Of a stretch of DNA of 64,000 nt, positions 9,073 through 19,700 are shown one piece after another. The notes beneath the pieces were generated by a model, which was not told the DNA's origin, searched no databases, and worked only from the letters and a program-made list of their open reading frames with translations. Position 1 is the first letter of the stretch. Every line of letters starts with the position of its first letter. A program made the translations under genes and the position numbers. The stretch lies in assembly GCA_964342815.1 (NCBI GenBank), contig CAYFHS010000019.1, forward strand, positions 1 through 64,000, read 5' to 3'. This stretch comes from an uncultured archaeon. GTDB taxonomy: Archaea > Thermoplasmatota > Penumbrarchaeia > JASLWR01.

Positions 9073-10095
9073 TCAATCTACCCCCGTTCTGTTCAGCTCG
9101 ATATCTCTTTTCAGCGAAACGAAAGCCTCGCGGAGAGATCTCAATGCGCTTACCTTTACCATTTCCTTGCGGTATTCTTTAGATCCCCTCACATCGGTAA
9201 TGGGTTTCGACATATCTCGTGCAAGTTCGGCTACCTCGTTAAAACAACCTTCCGCTTCATCTATACTTTTTGACACGAGGATATTTCTTATACCGTCTAT
9301 TAAAAGAGGAGTTACTGCTACCGCACCGGTAGAAAGCGAGCCGTCGGTGATCCTCTTCCCATCGCTGCGCAGTGTAGCTCCCGAGTTGACAACAGCAAGG
9401 GACAGGGCTTCACGCCGTTTCAATTTATAAAAACCGGTTCCCACATATGGAGTGGGAGGCGGCAGCAGGAAATAGGCCACTAATTCACCACTTTCGGCAC
9501 ATGTCCTGCAAACACCTGTGAATAGATCATTAAGCGGCAATATCCTTGCTCCTCCCGGACTTAAAAGGACTGCCCTGGTGTCCACCGCAAGAAGCATGGT
9601 GGCCATGTCGGCTGCAGGTGAGGCATTCATCACGTTACCGCCTATTGTGGCGGCATTCCTGATAAGGGGCGATCCTATCTCACCGGCGGCCTTTACTACG
9701 GATGGAAGATAGGAATTTAGAAGTACAGAGCGACAAATTGCGTCCATGGTGACTGCAGAACCAATGACGATGAACGAGTGATCTTCCGGAAAATTATCAT
9801 AAATCTCCTTCATCCCCGGTAATTTAATTATGTCATTCCATTCCTTGTGGGATATCTCATCAAGTCCTTCTATCCTGGTAATATCGAGAATAGAATGGGG
9901 TATCACCTGGCTGTCTCTGATCCTGATGTTCAGGTCCGTACCTCCGGCCAAGATTGTCGGAGGGTCATTTTTATTGTCTTCAAGTATTTCGAGAGCGTCT
10001 TCCACGGTGATTGGTGCGTACCATCTTGGATTGAAATCATAATGCAAATCTATGCCTCCGCCTTTCCTTGGTGGGAATTTCACAGGGCCCGTCAT
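9073..10095 (-). CDS. Xanthine dehydrogenase family FAD-binding subunit
   Basis: ILAGGTDL, IRNAATIGGN...ASPAAD and ITDVRGSKEYR motifs. Confidence 0.93.
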   Translation of the reverse strand: MTGPVKFPPRKGGGIDLHYDFNPRWYAPITVEDALEILEDNKNDPPTILAGGTDLNIRIRDSQVIPHSILDITRIEGLDEISHKEWNDIIKLPGMKEIYDNFPEDHSFIVIGSAVTMDAICRSVLLNSYLPSVVKAAGEIGSPLIRNAATIGGNVMNASPAADMATMLLAVDTRAVLLSPGGARILPLNDLFTGVCRTCAESGELVAYFLLPPPTPYVGTGFYKLKRREALSLAVVNSGATLRSDGKRITDGSLSTGAVAVTPLLIDGIRNILVSKSIDEAEGCFNEVAELARDMSKPITDVRGSKEYRKEMVKVSALRSLREAFVSLKRDIELNRTGVD

Positions 10096-10309
10096 TTACC
10101 GTTTTCCTTCGAACGTTCAATATCGAATATAATTGTTAAGGTTTTTTCTCTGCAAATATTCAGAAAAGAAAAAATGAGGTCATTTTTGCCAGGTCAATAA
10201 TTGTAAATACGTATTCATGAGAAAATAACTCAAATTATACACCCATATATTTTCGTCTAAAAAGTGGTGAGATAGGAAAAGGAGCGCGAAATAATAACGA
10301 ACCGTTGTA

Positions 10310-11590
10310 TCATTGAATTTTCAAGTTTTCAACGGAATCAAAATCACTGATAATAAATAACGATGTGCATGAATCTCCTATGGGATAATTTCTAAGCACA
10401 TTATTTACGTCTTCAACAGTCTTCCTGATTCCTTCAGCTTCTAAATCAGAGATTAAAACGAATATTACTGCTTTAGAGAAATCCTCACTTACAAACAAAT
10501 CTCGGATCTCGTCAGTTATTGCATCGTAGAATGCGTTTAACAGATCTGTTCTCACGCTATTGTCCAGGTTTGGCTTATGAAGTATCCCCCAAAAATTGTC
10601 GTTATTAAATAAAGTGTAAAACAACTCTTTCAATATAGGGACGTTTTCGAATAATTCCCCGATCTGCTCGATCCCCGTGATATTCGGCATCTGTATGGCC
10701 TTCATGATGTCGATTATACCGATGGATACTGCATTTGCTATTCCGTGATCGTCGGGTTTGTTGGGATTGCCGTTTATCTGAACCTGGAGATAATCCAGGT
10801 TGTCCAACAATTCAACGTCCTTCAAACTGTACCTGGCCTCAAACTGATCGATCCGGCCATTGTTGTCATTGTCCTCAACAGGTCTTGCCCTAATTAAAGA
10901 TAATCTCAATCCACCCTCTCCAATACTATTCGAATATTCACCAGGCCGATTTCTCATTCCCTTGGCCATAGAAATACCACCGGTCGAGGTAATTGTGCAG
11001 AATTTTGTATCTGCGATTCCTTTTTTAATCATCTTAGTTAACATACCTGAATCCGTTTCAGGAGATGGGGCTATTATAACAAATGATGAATCATAGATTC
11101 CATCATTATTAGTATCTGAAACGAAAGAATCTCTTAATTCAAGAGGTATCTGTTTGAACATAATGTCTACCAAATACTGGTTATCAGGTATTTCGTATTC
11201 TCCTGGTATCAATAGATGCTCAGGATTGTCGAACTCAGGGGGAAGAATCTCGTTAATGATGGCGTTAGTGAGCCTTGAAGGAGTAGAATTCAGTTCCTTG
11301 AGTAGAGTGGATACCGAGAGGATAAAAAGCACCCCATCGTTCTTCCCCTTATCTCCTCTATGTAAGTTTATTGTTTCTTCTATATCGGAAATTTCCTTTA
11401 ACACTTTTACATCAGTGATGTTAGTCTCGTCCATACGGTCGTTCACATTGTTTGTTTCCACATACAACATTATGATATTTGGTGCATCTAAATCCGAATC
11501 TTGTAGATACCACCAAAAACCCCATAAAATTCCACCTATTATAAGTAACACCACAGAGAGAATTACTAATACCTTATTTCGGTCGTTCAC
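10310..11590 (-). CDS. Single-pass membrane protein resembling the two fused extracytoplasmic loops of an archaeal RND/MMPL permease
   Basis: ORF track 10310..11710; GTG at 11590 is the likelier start. One N-terminal TM only, then two related soluble halves (TDVKVLKEISDIEE / KDVELLDNLDYLQ; RDSFVSD / RDLFVSED). Confidence 0.6.
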   Translation of the reverse strand: MNDRNKVLVILSVVLLIIGGILWGFWWYLQDSDLDAPNIIMLYVETNNVNDRMDETNITDVKVLKEISDIEETINLHRGDKGKNDGVLFILSVSTLLKELNSTPSRLTNAIINEILPPEFDNPEHLLIPGEYEIPDNQYLVDIMFKQIPLELRDSFVSDTNNDGIYDSSFVIIAPSPETDSGMLTKMIKKGIADTKFCTITSTGGISMAKGMRNRPGEYSNSIGEGGLRLSLIRARPVEDNDNNGRIDQFEARYSLKDVELLDNLDYLQVQINGNPNKPDDHGIANAVSIGIIDIMKAIQMPNITGIEQIGELFENVPILKELFYTLFNNDNFWGILHKPNLDNSVRTDLLNAFYDAITDEIRDLFVSEDFSKAVIFVLISDLEAEGIRKTVEDVNNVLRNYPIGDSCTSLFIISDFDSVENLKIQ

Positions 11591-11937
11591 ATAACTTAGC
11601 AATATAATAAGGATATAATAAGTTATCGCATTATGTGTTTTCCTTATAACAAAAAACCTTAAGGTTTGCTCTATTAATATTACATGAGCATTTTTAATAG
11701 CATGTGCCACTTATTTTTTTCTTTTTACTGATTAAACGAAGTGACAAAATGCTTAGATTTTCGGTGTTAACCTGTAATGCAATTCAGGTATTTTGTATAA
11801 CCTTCTGGGAACTTGCTTGGGCTGGTACAAAGCTGTTTAATAGTATTGGTGCTAAAGCAATTTGGAATGCAGAACAAGATTTACTTAATCGCTGGAAATG
11901 CCTTTAGAATTAGGATAACACGTGGATGTTCCAGATA

Positions 11938-13299
11938 TCATTTCCTAATCACCTTTTCAAGCCATACGATTGCCAGTAAACCCGCCATACCGAAAGCGAT
12001 TGCCACACCAATGAATACACCCCTCGCACCCATAAAAACAGCCCCCATCAGCGCAAGGGGCAGCAGCAGCACAACGACCCTGATAATGGTAATAACGAAG
12101 GAAGGAAACGGTTTTCCAAGAGCATTGAACGAGTTGGTCACGATGTAACTGATCGCGAGACCCATCCACCCCAGGCCGCCCAGCCATAGGTAGTAGCAGA
12201 AATTTCTTATTACTTCCGGGTTCGAGCTGAACATACGGGCTGAAAGGGGAGCGGTAACGGAGAAAATGGAATATACTATTATCGCATAGGCAAGTCCAGC
12301 TTTGTAACCCAGGCGAATGGCTTTTCGAACCCGATGTATTTTTCCCGAACCGAAATTCTGCCCTACAAATGGAACCAGAGCAGTACAGAATGCTATTGTC
12401 GGCATAATCACTATGGCTTCCAGCCGTGTTGCGGCTCCGTACCCTGCAACCACGTTCTTACCCATTGATGATATTACGCCGGTTATCACACCCAGGGAAA
12501 CCGGCGTCAAAGCACTTACAAAAGCATTGGGTCCACCGACATATAATACGTCCCACCACGACCTAATCAATTCGCGGAACGTAGGAAGTTTCCAATTGAC
12601 CATTTTTTTTATCTTTACCAGAACGTATATCGAAAGGAACGTTGTGACCATCCTGGCGCTTACCGTGGCCACAGCGGCGCCCCGAATGCCCATACGCGGA
12701 AACGGGCCGATACCGAATATCAGAAAAGGGTCGAGTATGATGTTCAGTCCCACGGCGAATAACATTATCTTCATGGGGATCTTGGTATCGCCTGTGGCCC
12801 TGATGATTGCGTTCCCAACCATGGGGATGACAACGGCCGGTATGCCAAAATACCAGATTTCCATGTAACTTTTCACCATAGGGAATAGGTCCGGATTGAC
12901 GTTCAGAATCCTGAAAAGTGGTTCGATCGTGGCCAGGCCCACCAACATGCTGATGACCGCCACGGTGATTGCCAACAAAAGCGAATCTGTTGTTAAACGA
13001 GCGGCGCGCTCCTTGTCGCCAGCACCCAGGGTCCGGGATATAATGGAGGTGGCGCCCATGCCCAGCCCTCCCATGATGGACGCAAAGAAGAAAACTACCG
13101 GAAACGTGAAAGTGATGGCTGCCAATTCATCCCTTCCAAGCTGGCCTACATATACAGCATCCACGAAATTAAAGAGGACCATGGCCATCATGGCGAATAC
13201 CATTGGAATTGTCAACTTCCACATGGTGGTGGAAACCTTACCGTTAAGAAGGTCCATGCTTCCTTTTTGGGGCTTTCCGCCATGAGAATCCTTACTCAT
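11938..13299 (-). CDS. MATE family efflux transporter
   Basis: About 12 TM; two-fold internal repeat; RATGDTKIPM, NIILDPFLIFG, GAAVAT and VGQNFG motifs. ATG at 13299 overlaps the marR stop and follows a GGTGAGGG RBS. Confidence 0.95.
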   Translation of the reverse strand: MSKDSHGGKPQKGSMDLLNGKVSTTMWKLTIPMVFAMMAMVLFNFVDAVYVGQLGRDELAAITFTFPVVFFFASIMGGLGMGATSIISRTLGAGDKERAARLTTDSLLLAITVAVISMLVGLATIEPLFRILNVNPDLFPMVKSYMEIWYFGIPAVVIPMVGNAIIRATGDTKIPMKIMLFAVGLNIILDPFLIFGIGPFPRMGIRGAAVATVSARMVTTFLSIYVLVKIKKMVNWKLPTFRELIRSWWDVLYVGGPNAFVSALTPVSLGVITGVISSMGKNVVAGYGAATRLEAIVIMPTIAFCTALVPFVGQNFGSGKIHRVRKAIRLGYKAGLAYAIIVYSIFSVTAPLSARMFSSNPEVIRNFCYYLWLGGLGWMGLAISYIVTNSFNALGKPFPSFVITIIRVVVLLLPLALMGAVFMGARGVFIGVAIAFGMAGLLAIVWLEKVIRK

Positions 13300-13762
13300 T
13301 TCCCTCACCGGAGAACCCCCCAAATGTTACATTCTCGTGAACCCTGGTAAGAAATAAAATGAATTTCTCCCGCTCATCTGGGGCGAATCCCTTAACCATT
13401 CGCTCTGTGCTTTCCCCAAGAATTCTTAGAATTACCGGAACTAGCTCACGCCCCTTTTTCGTCAGATGGATTAAATAGGAACGGTTGTCTGAGGGGTCGG
13501 TTTCTCTCTGAACGATACCGAGAGCCAGAAGTTTGGCCACTGCCCGGGCGGTGGTGGTCTTGTCAAGTTCGAGAAGCTGGCTTAGCTGCTCCTGGTTGAT
13601 TCCCTCGTTTCGGGATAGTAACAAAATATAGCGGAACTGACCCGCTCCGATGCCATGTGGAGCCAATCGTTTCTCTATGTAGGCTATGTTGTGGCGGTCG
13701 ATCATCCAAATCCATTTGCCTATGGATTTATTTGGGTCGTGTTGTTTTGGTACGGGACTCAT
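13292..13762 (-). CDS. MarR family transcriptional regulator
   Basis: EGINQEQLSQLLELDKTTTARAVAKL...RETDPSDNRSYLIHLTKKG. The track start at 13780 lies inside the operator palindrome, so ATG 13762 is preferred. Confidence 0.93.
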   Translation of the reverse strand: MSPVPKQHDPNKSIGKWIWMIDRHNIAYIEKRLAPHGIGAGQFRYILLLSRNEGINQEQLSQLLELDKTTTARAVAKLLALGIVQRETDPSDNRSYLIHLTKKGRELVPVILRILGESTERMVKGFAPDEREKFILFLTRVHENVTFGGFSGEGNE

Positions 13763-13810
13763 ATTTAGTTGTATATGCAACTAAATTATATATAGTTGTA
13801 CGTGTAACTG
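13763..13810. promoter_or_regulatory. Candidate MarR operator pair flanking a TATA-like box
   Basis: ATTTAGTTG-tatatg-CAACTAAAT (13763-13786) and degenerate TAGTTG-tacgtg-TAACTG (13793-13810), with TTATATATA between them about 28 nt upstream of the marR ATG. Confidence 0.8.
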
Positions 13811-13995
13811 TTTGGGGTGGTGAATATGAGTGGGATATACATCGGAAATTAATATAATGTGTGGAATAACAGACTTCCAATTTCGTTACAAAGTATTAGT
13901 TTTCCTTTTAACTAATAAATGAGAAATGTATCATATAAATGTAAAAAAACATTTATATCATATATCTTAATAAATATCATATGGGGGATTGAATA

Positions 13996-14313
13996 ATGAA
14001 AGAAACGTCTTTTGAGAACAAGGAAAAAAGTAATACAATGTTGAAAATTTGTGTAATAATTGGTCTTGCAATTTTTAGTTTCGGTCTATTAGTTCATCAA
14101 TTTGGGACTAATTTTGAACAATCAAATCTGCTAAATGATGGAAGTGTTGTGGATTTCATTGGAAAATTTATTATTTTAATTGGTATGATTATGACTTCAA
14201 TTATACTGATGTCAATAGCACTATTTAAAACGAAAGTTGATGTTACTATTCGATTTGGTTGTTTACTAGTCGGGGGAATAGTAATTGCCTTTGAAATGAT
14301 CGCATTTGTATGA
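13996..14313 (+). CDS. Small membrane protein (about 3 TM), AT-rich gene
   Basis: 105 aa with three hydrophobic segments; GGGGA RBS. Confidence 0.7.
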   Translation: MKETSFENKEKSNTMLKICVIIGLAIFSFGLLVHQFGTNFEQSNLLNDGSVVDFIGKFIILIGMIMTSIILMSIALFKTKVDVTIRFGCLLVGGIVIAFEMIAFV

Positions 14314-14332
14314 TCGCAAGGTGTGAAATCTA

Positions 14333-15397
14333 ATGATTAATCAAAAATTGCTTCAGATATATTCAGGTACTTTTATCGTATTATTTGTAATTATTAGTGG
14401 AATGTCTTTAACTCCTGGTTCTGTAATGAAAGGAATTTTCATAAGTTCACAAGATGAATATGAAGCCGGTCAGATTCTCGATGAAGGGAATAAATATTTT
14501 GAGAAAGAGGATTACGATAAAGCGATTGAGATTTGGATGGTAGTCTACGATAATTATATAGGAACAACATCTTGGGGGAAAGCTGCATGGAATATCGGGC
14601 TTGCATATTCACGATTAGGGCAATATGAAACAGCAATTGATTATTATATAGCAATACTTGAAAGCGATGTTAATGATTTCGAACCGGGTGCTTCTGTAAT
14701 GGAGGCATATAGAAATTATCGACATAAAGCCGCAAGTAGCATATCTCAATGTTATGAGATGTTAGAAGAATATGATTTAGCTATTGAATATGCAATATTG
14801 GCTAGAGATGTATATAGATACGAAAGCTGGTGTGGTACTTGCGCCAGTGGTGCCGCGAGACAACAGAAATTGTTGATAGATCGTCTGACATTATTCAATG
14901 AATGGAGCTTTAATAAAGAAATAATATGTGATTTTGAACTAACATACAGCATTTCTGTTGATACTGATATCCAATATAACTTACATCTTCCTGCACCATT
15001 GGCAGTTGATAATAGTACCTCTTTCTTTATGAATATATCAAAGGTTATTGAAGGTAACCCGACCTATGAAATAATTGAAACTAAGTGGGGTACTGCTCTA
15101 AATATATCATGTATGGGTCCTTTTTCAATTCAGATGAAATATATGATATCAGCAACAGAAGAGTATAATGAAAGTAAGCTTTTTCAAGGTTTCTCAATGG
15201 AGGTTTGGGAAAGGTCAAACCAATTTTTTACATTTTCTTCATATGGTGGTGAGACTTGGAGAGATAACCTTAAGCTTTCTTTAAATGGCCATTGGATAAA
15301 ATATCCACCTGATTGGGAATATGATCAATGGGAAGGAAGAGAATATTCCATAAGCAAGGGATGGGATGAATCCAGGATTTTCGATGATTATTGGTAG
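14333..15397 (+). CDS. Membrane-anchored tetratricopeptide-repeat protein
   Basis: N-terminal TM; TPR-like helices (GNKYFEKEDYDKAIEIW, IGLAYSRLGQYETAIDYY); WCGTC motif; GGTG RBS. Confidence 0.8.
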   Translation: MINQKLLQIYSGTFIVLFVIISGMSLTPGSVMKGIFISSQDEYEAGQILDEGNKYFEKEDYDKAIEIWMVVYDNYIGTTSWGKAAWNIGLAYSRLGQYETAIDYYIAILESDVNDFEPGASVMEAYRNYRHKAASSISQCYEMLEEYDLAIEYAILARDVYRYESWCGTCASGAARQQKLLIDRLTLFNEWSFNKEIICDFELTYSISVDTDIQYNLHLPAPLAVDNSTSFFMNISKVIEGNPTYEIIETKWGTALNISCMGPFSIQMKYMISATEEYNESKLFQGFSMEVWERSNQFFTFSSYGGETWRDNLKLSLNGHWIKYPPDWEYDQWEGREYSISKGWDESRIFDDYW

Positions 15398-15548
15398 AAT
15401 TGTATAACTTAAATGAGTCAATAGTCGAAAAACCCTTTGCTAATCCGGCGTATATTCAGGATAAGCAATAATTTCTCGTTGAATATTTTGTATTCTATTC
15501 TTCGTACAGTAAAGAAGGAAAACAAGGGCACCCAACCCACAAACCCTT

Positions 15549-16391
15549 TCACCCGCCGATCATCCCGTTTAGTACCATCATTGTAATAGCGATTACCAAT
15601 CCGATCACTGCTGGCAGGATTCCCACCGCGCTCAACATCAATTTCTTTGTGAATATCCTCTTTTCATATATTTCGCCTTCCACCTGATAGGGAAGGTAAC
15701 CCGCCAGGAGTGAAGGAACGCAACTGGCGGCGAATATCAGACCGATGGTCTCTGCCTCGTCCACATTGGTGGCGTTGATGGCAAACTCGTTGTCGATCAC
15801 AGTTTTATTGGATGAGGATGCATCGGCGTCCACCTCCCTACTTGCTCCCCAAAGCCCGACACCCATAAATAAAAATAATGTTATCAAAAAGGCGAATACC
15901 GCAATGCATTGTGGCATAACTGCCACCACCAGATGTTTCGGGAAAGTATACTTCTTCATTGCTTTTTTATTCTTCCTCATCCATTCGTTCCTTTTCTCGA
16001 AGTCAGTGGGCATTTTCATATTGATCTTCGCGTCTTGGGGAATATCTGCGACCCCTTTCGATATTAAAAGTCCCTGGGCAATGAGTGAGATTACGCCGGC
16101 ACTTCCCAATATATACCCGCCGGTTAAAGCAATACGGCCCTGAGGGGCATCCGCTTGGGGCGCCATCATGTAAAATATAATAAAAAGGATTCCGTAGATC
16201 ACGGCCGGGGCAAGAAGGTAAAGGAACACAATTATCTTTGAGCGGGTGTAAGGGCGTGCTTTTTCCCAGAATGGTTCTCTTTGTAACTTTTCAATTGCAT
16301 CGCGGTACTTGGAAAATATCCACATACCGAGCATTACAGCTGTCACGAGAGGGAGAGCTACGTAAAGCACCAGCAACAATAGAATATCCAT
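15549..16391 (-). CDS. Polytopic membrane protein with degenerate ATP synthase c/K-subunit-like hairpins
   Basis: 280 aa; GSAGVISLIAQG resembles proteolipid helix 1, and FPKHLVVAVMPQCIAVFAFLI, FTKKLMLSAVGILPAVIGLVIAI and SKIIVFLYLLAPAVIYGIL resemble helix 2. Confidence 0.55.
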   Translation of the reverse strand: MDILLLLVLYVALPLVTAVMLGMWIFSKYRDAIEKLQREPFWEKARPYTRSKIIVFLYLLAPAVIYGILFIIFYMMAPQADAPQGRIALTGGYILGSAGVISLIAQGLLISKGVADIPQDAKINMKMPTDFEKRNEWMRKNKKAMKKYTFPKHLVVAVMPQCIAVFAFLITLFLFMGVGLWGASREVDADASSSNKTVIDNEFAINATNVDEAETIGLIFAASCVPSLLAGYLPYQVEGEIYEKRIFTKKLMLSAVGILPAVIGLVIAITMMVLNGMIGG

Positions 16392-16747
16392 TTTTCCAAT
16401 TCATCCCAACGGTTTAGTCTGTTTCGAAATTCAGGACGTTGAACAGCAATATCAATATAATTCTGCAATCTATATCAATGTTCACATCGTTTCGCTCGGC
16501 CATGGAATCTGATAATCCTGGGCCTGGGAATTTATGTCGAACAATCACCTTATCCCTGACACTGCGTTATCTCTAGGTACTTTCACCCATTAAGACGTTC
16601 TTCCACAAGGGTGGCGAATATCCTGTTCATTTGTTGAAATGTTCACCGTGGAAATAACAAGGCAAATTTTATCTTTCCCCATGAACATAGAGCCGACGGA
16701 ACAACAAACTCCAGCGCCAATGATATTATCCGCCCTTTGGTGTCGTT

Positions 16748-19700
16748 ATGAAAAAGAACGTGAAAATAACGATCATGTGCTTTTGCGCATTCCTTCTACT
16801 TATGACGCAGATCGAGATGTTTGTCCTCGACGGTCGAAATACGTTCGATTCCGAGCTTACCGTACGAAATTATGATATTCGGAGCGCAAAGTCCACAGAG
16901 GATGTGAGATCCGTAGAGTATTATCCCGAAAAACACACAGGAGACACCTTCAATCATCGGGCAATATTCGTTCGTCAGGATGACTCGACATATCTCGATG
17001 ACATGCTCTTTTGCGCAGCGGTTCCGGCTGCTGTCCACTGGGAGGGCGAAACGCGATCGAACTCAATGATGATATCCGATGAACGTACAAGAGAAAACGG
17101 AAACCTCATTGGGGATTATTCGGAATATCTTCGGAAAATTGAGGCGCGCCCCGATATAGATTTCATCGGTAACGTTACTGAGGAGAGGAAATCTGCTCTT
17201 GCCGGTTATTTTTCGGACGTGGAAAGTTCCAATAATATTACCACTGCCAGTAATATATATGACGGCGCCTGCGATATAGCAAAGTATTACTGGATGAACG
17301 AGAGAAGATTGGGTACGGATACTGCGGTTCTTTCTCATGTCCCCAACTCTGATGGCGGAGTTGAGGTCCAGCGTGACACTTCTGGCGCGAATTTCGGCCA
17401 ATTCGAGGTCAACACCGATCTTAATTCCGACGAGGTATCGTGGCTGAAATTCTCAATCGACTGGTCTGACCCTGAGGCGGATACGGATTACCGCATCGAG
17501 ATTCGGGATCCCCTTGCATTGCACGAGCGCAGTTATTCCAATGCAGGGAATGTAGGGCAGGTCAATCCCACCAATAACCGACTGTATTCCAATGCCGGAC
17601 ATTGCGAGGTGGGGGTGTCGCCATATTATTCCTATTTACCCTATTCGATAGATAACGACCCTCAAGGATATGAACAGGTAGCTTACAGGGGAGAACTCGT
17701 ACAATCTGACAGGTCCGTATATCCCATCGAAGGTGCGGCGGATCACAAAACTTTCCAATTCGGCCCTGTAAAGGCCGGACAGTGGATAGGTGTCGTGACC
17801 AACTGGACCCATTATGTTGTTAATGAATCCAAATACCGGGACTTTGATACATTTGTGTACCGACCAAACCAGGGGCCCGGTGATGATCATCTGCTGGAGA
17901 TCGCCTACAATCCCGGATTACCCGGCTACCATCTGGGAACCACCCCGGAAACGGGTTATTGTTATGCGGATGTGGACGGCTATTACTCCGTTACCGTTCA
18001 TCCCTATAATACGTCCATCGGGGGTTCATTTACCACAGGTGTTTACTGGGGCGGTCTGGATGAGGAGTCCATGTGGACCGCGAAACAGATAAATCACGGC
18101 ACCGATCCCGTTCAATACCACCTGGAGGAATACGCCATGACAGATGACCATGTGATCGAATCGGTGACCAACGGCGCAGTTGTGGCGTCACTTAATAATA
18201 TTCCACTTTTTTACACCGCAGGAGGGCAGCCGGAACCAAACGTCGCAGCCACTCTTCAGGATATGGGTATTACTAAACTGATAGTTATCGACCCCGGAAA
18301 CAAGATTTCTACCCTAGAATGGGAGGGGAAGGGATTTTCCCTAGATCATGTGAAGGGAGACAAGGAGGTTTTCAATTACATTTATGATCTGTCCGTTACA
18401 AAAAAAATTCACAAGGGTACGGTAATTAATGCACAGGGAGGGCCGTGGTTCACCGGTGCGGCGCTGACCGGAGCCTATCACGGCGTTCCGATTCCGGCAC
18501 TGGACGATCCGGAGATGGTCCACATTCAGAATCAGGCGACGACGACCTGGTGGCAGATGATCCAGCTTACCGACGTATATGATTTTTATCCGTATAACCG
18601 GTACCAGGCTCCGAACCAGGCCAATATGGAGGACCTGGCCGATGACTTTTTCAGCTGGATCGAAGGATTCCATCCCGATTATAATCCTGATTGCGGCGAT
18701 AAAAATGGTGACGGCATCCCGGATAACGGTAATTACTGGGATTATTCCGAAGATGTGGAAATATTTGTGATCTCACCCCTGAACGCTCTCAAACCGGCAC
18801 TGGATCGGGCCATCAACGGAAAGGCTTCGGTTGGCAGGATCCCAATTGCCGATCCATCGGCTCTCTGGGCGGTAGTTAACCGTGAAATGCTCTATTGGAA
18901 AGTGGGATATTCGCGAGCCGACAATCCCGAGGACCCCGATGACAGCCCGCCGGTGGGGGACCACTGGAAACGAGCCGGGTGGACCTTCAATTCCTATGCG
19001 CACGACGATGGCATTATGGATAACGACAGCGGTGACCAGGACGACGACGATTTTTGCGGCATGGATGACGGGGGAGCTAATCATTTAACGTATCGGGGTC
19101 GAGAGACCTGGCCCACATTGGCCCAGAATTATGGCAAGATCAACGATTATAACACATATTACACGAACATAAGGGACATGCTTGAAAAAGGAACCTGTTA
19201 CTGGAGCAATAACGGTCACGGACATCATTACAACATGATGGAGACTGGTATCGGCGCAACAGCCACAAGTATGGATTCTTCCAATCCAAAATTTGCCGGC
19301 CCACCTCAATCCAACAGCTTCGTGGACCCACCTCTCGAGATGACGACCGGATGGGATTGGTATTATGGTATTGATAATATTCATTCTGCTTTTTCTACGT
19401 TCCAATCCTGCCAGGTAGGCGGCTCCTCGCTGCCGGAATACTTTCTGAGACTTGGGGGTATAGCCGTTGTGGGCGGTACCGTAACACGGTCGCTTATTGA
19501 AGCCACCATCCAGCACGACCGGACAGCAAGAGGGCTCTTTTCCGGTATGAGTTTTGGTGATTCCCATCGGTGGGGTGCGGACGAGACCGGCTGTATCTAT
19601 TCACTCAAGGACCCCGGAACGAAAAATAAAAATTACGGCGAGGCAGGATTCGCAGACGATATGTGGGTTAGATACGGGGATACGGGCCAGACCATTCTCT

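Noticed and set aside
11704-12148. Plus-strand ORFs 11704..11907 and 11813..12148
   Set aside because: No recognisable motif or RBS; one overlaps the MATE gene antisense.
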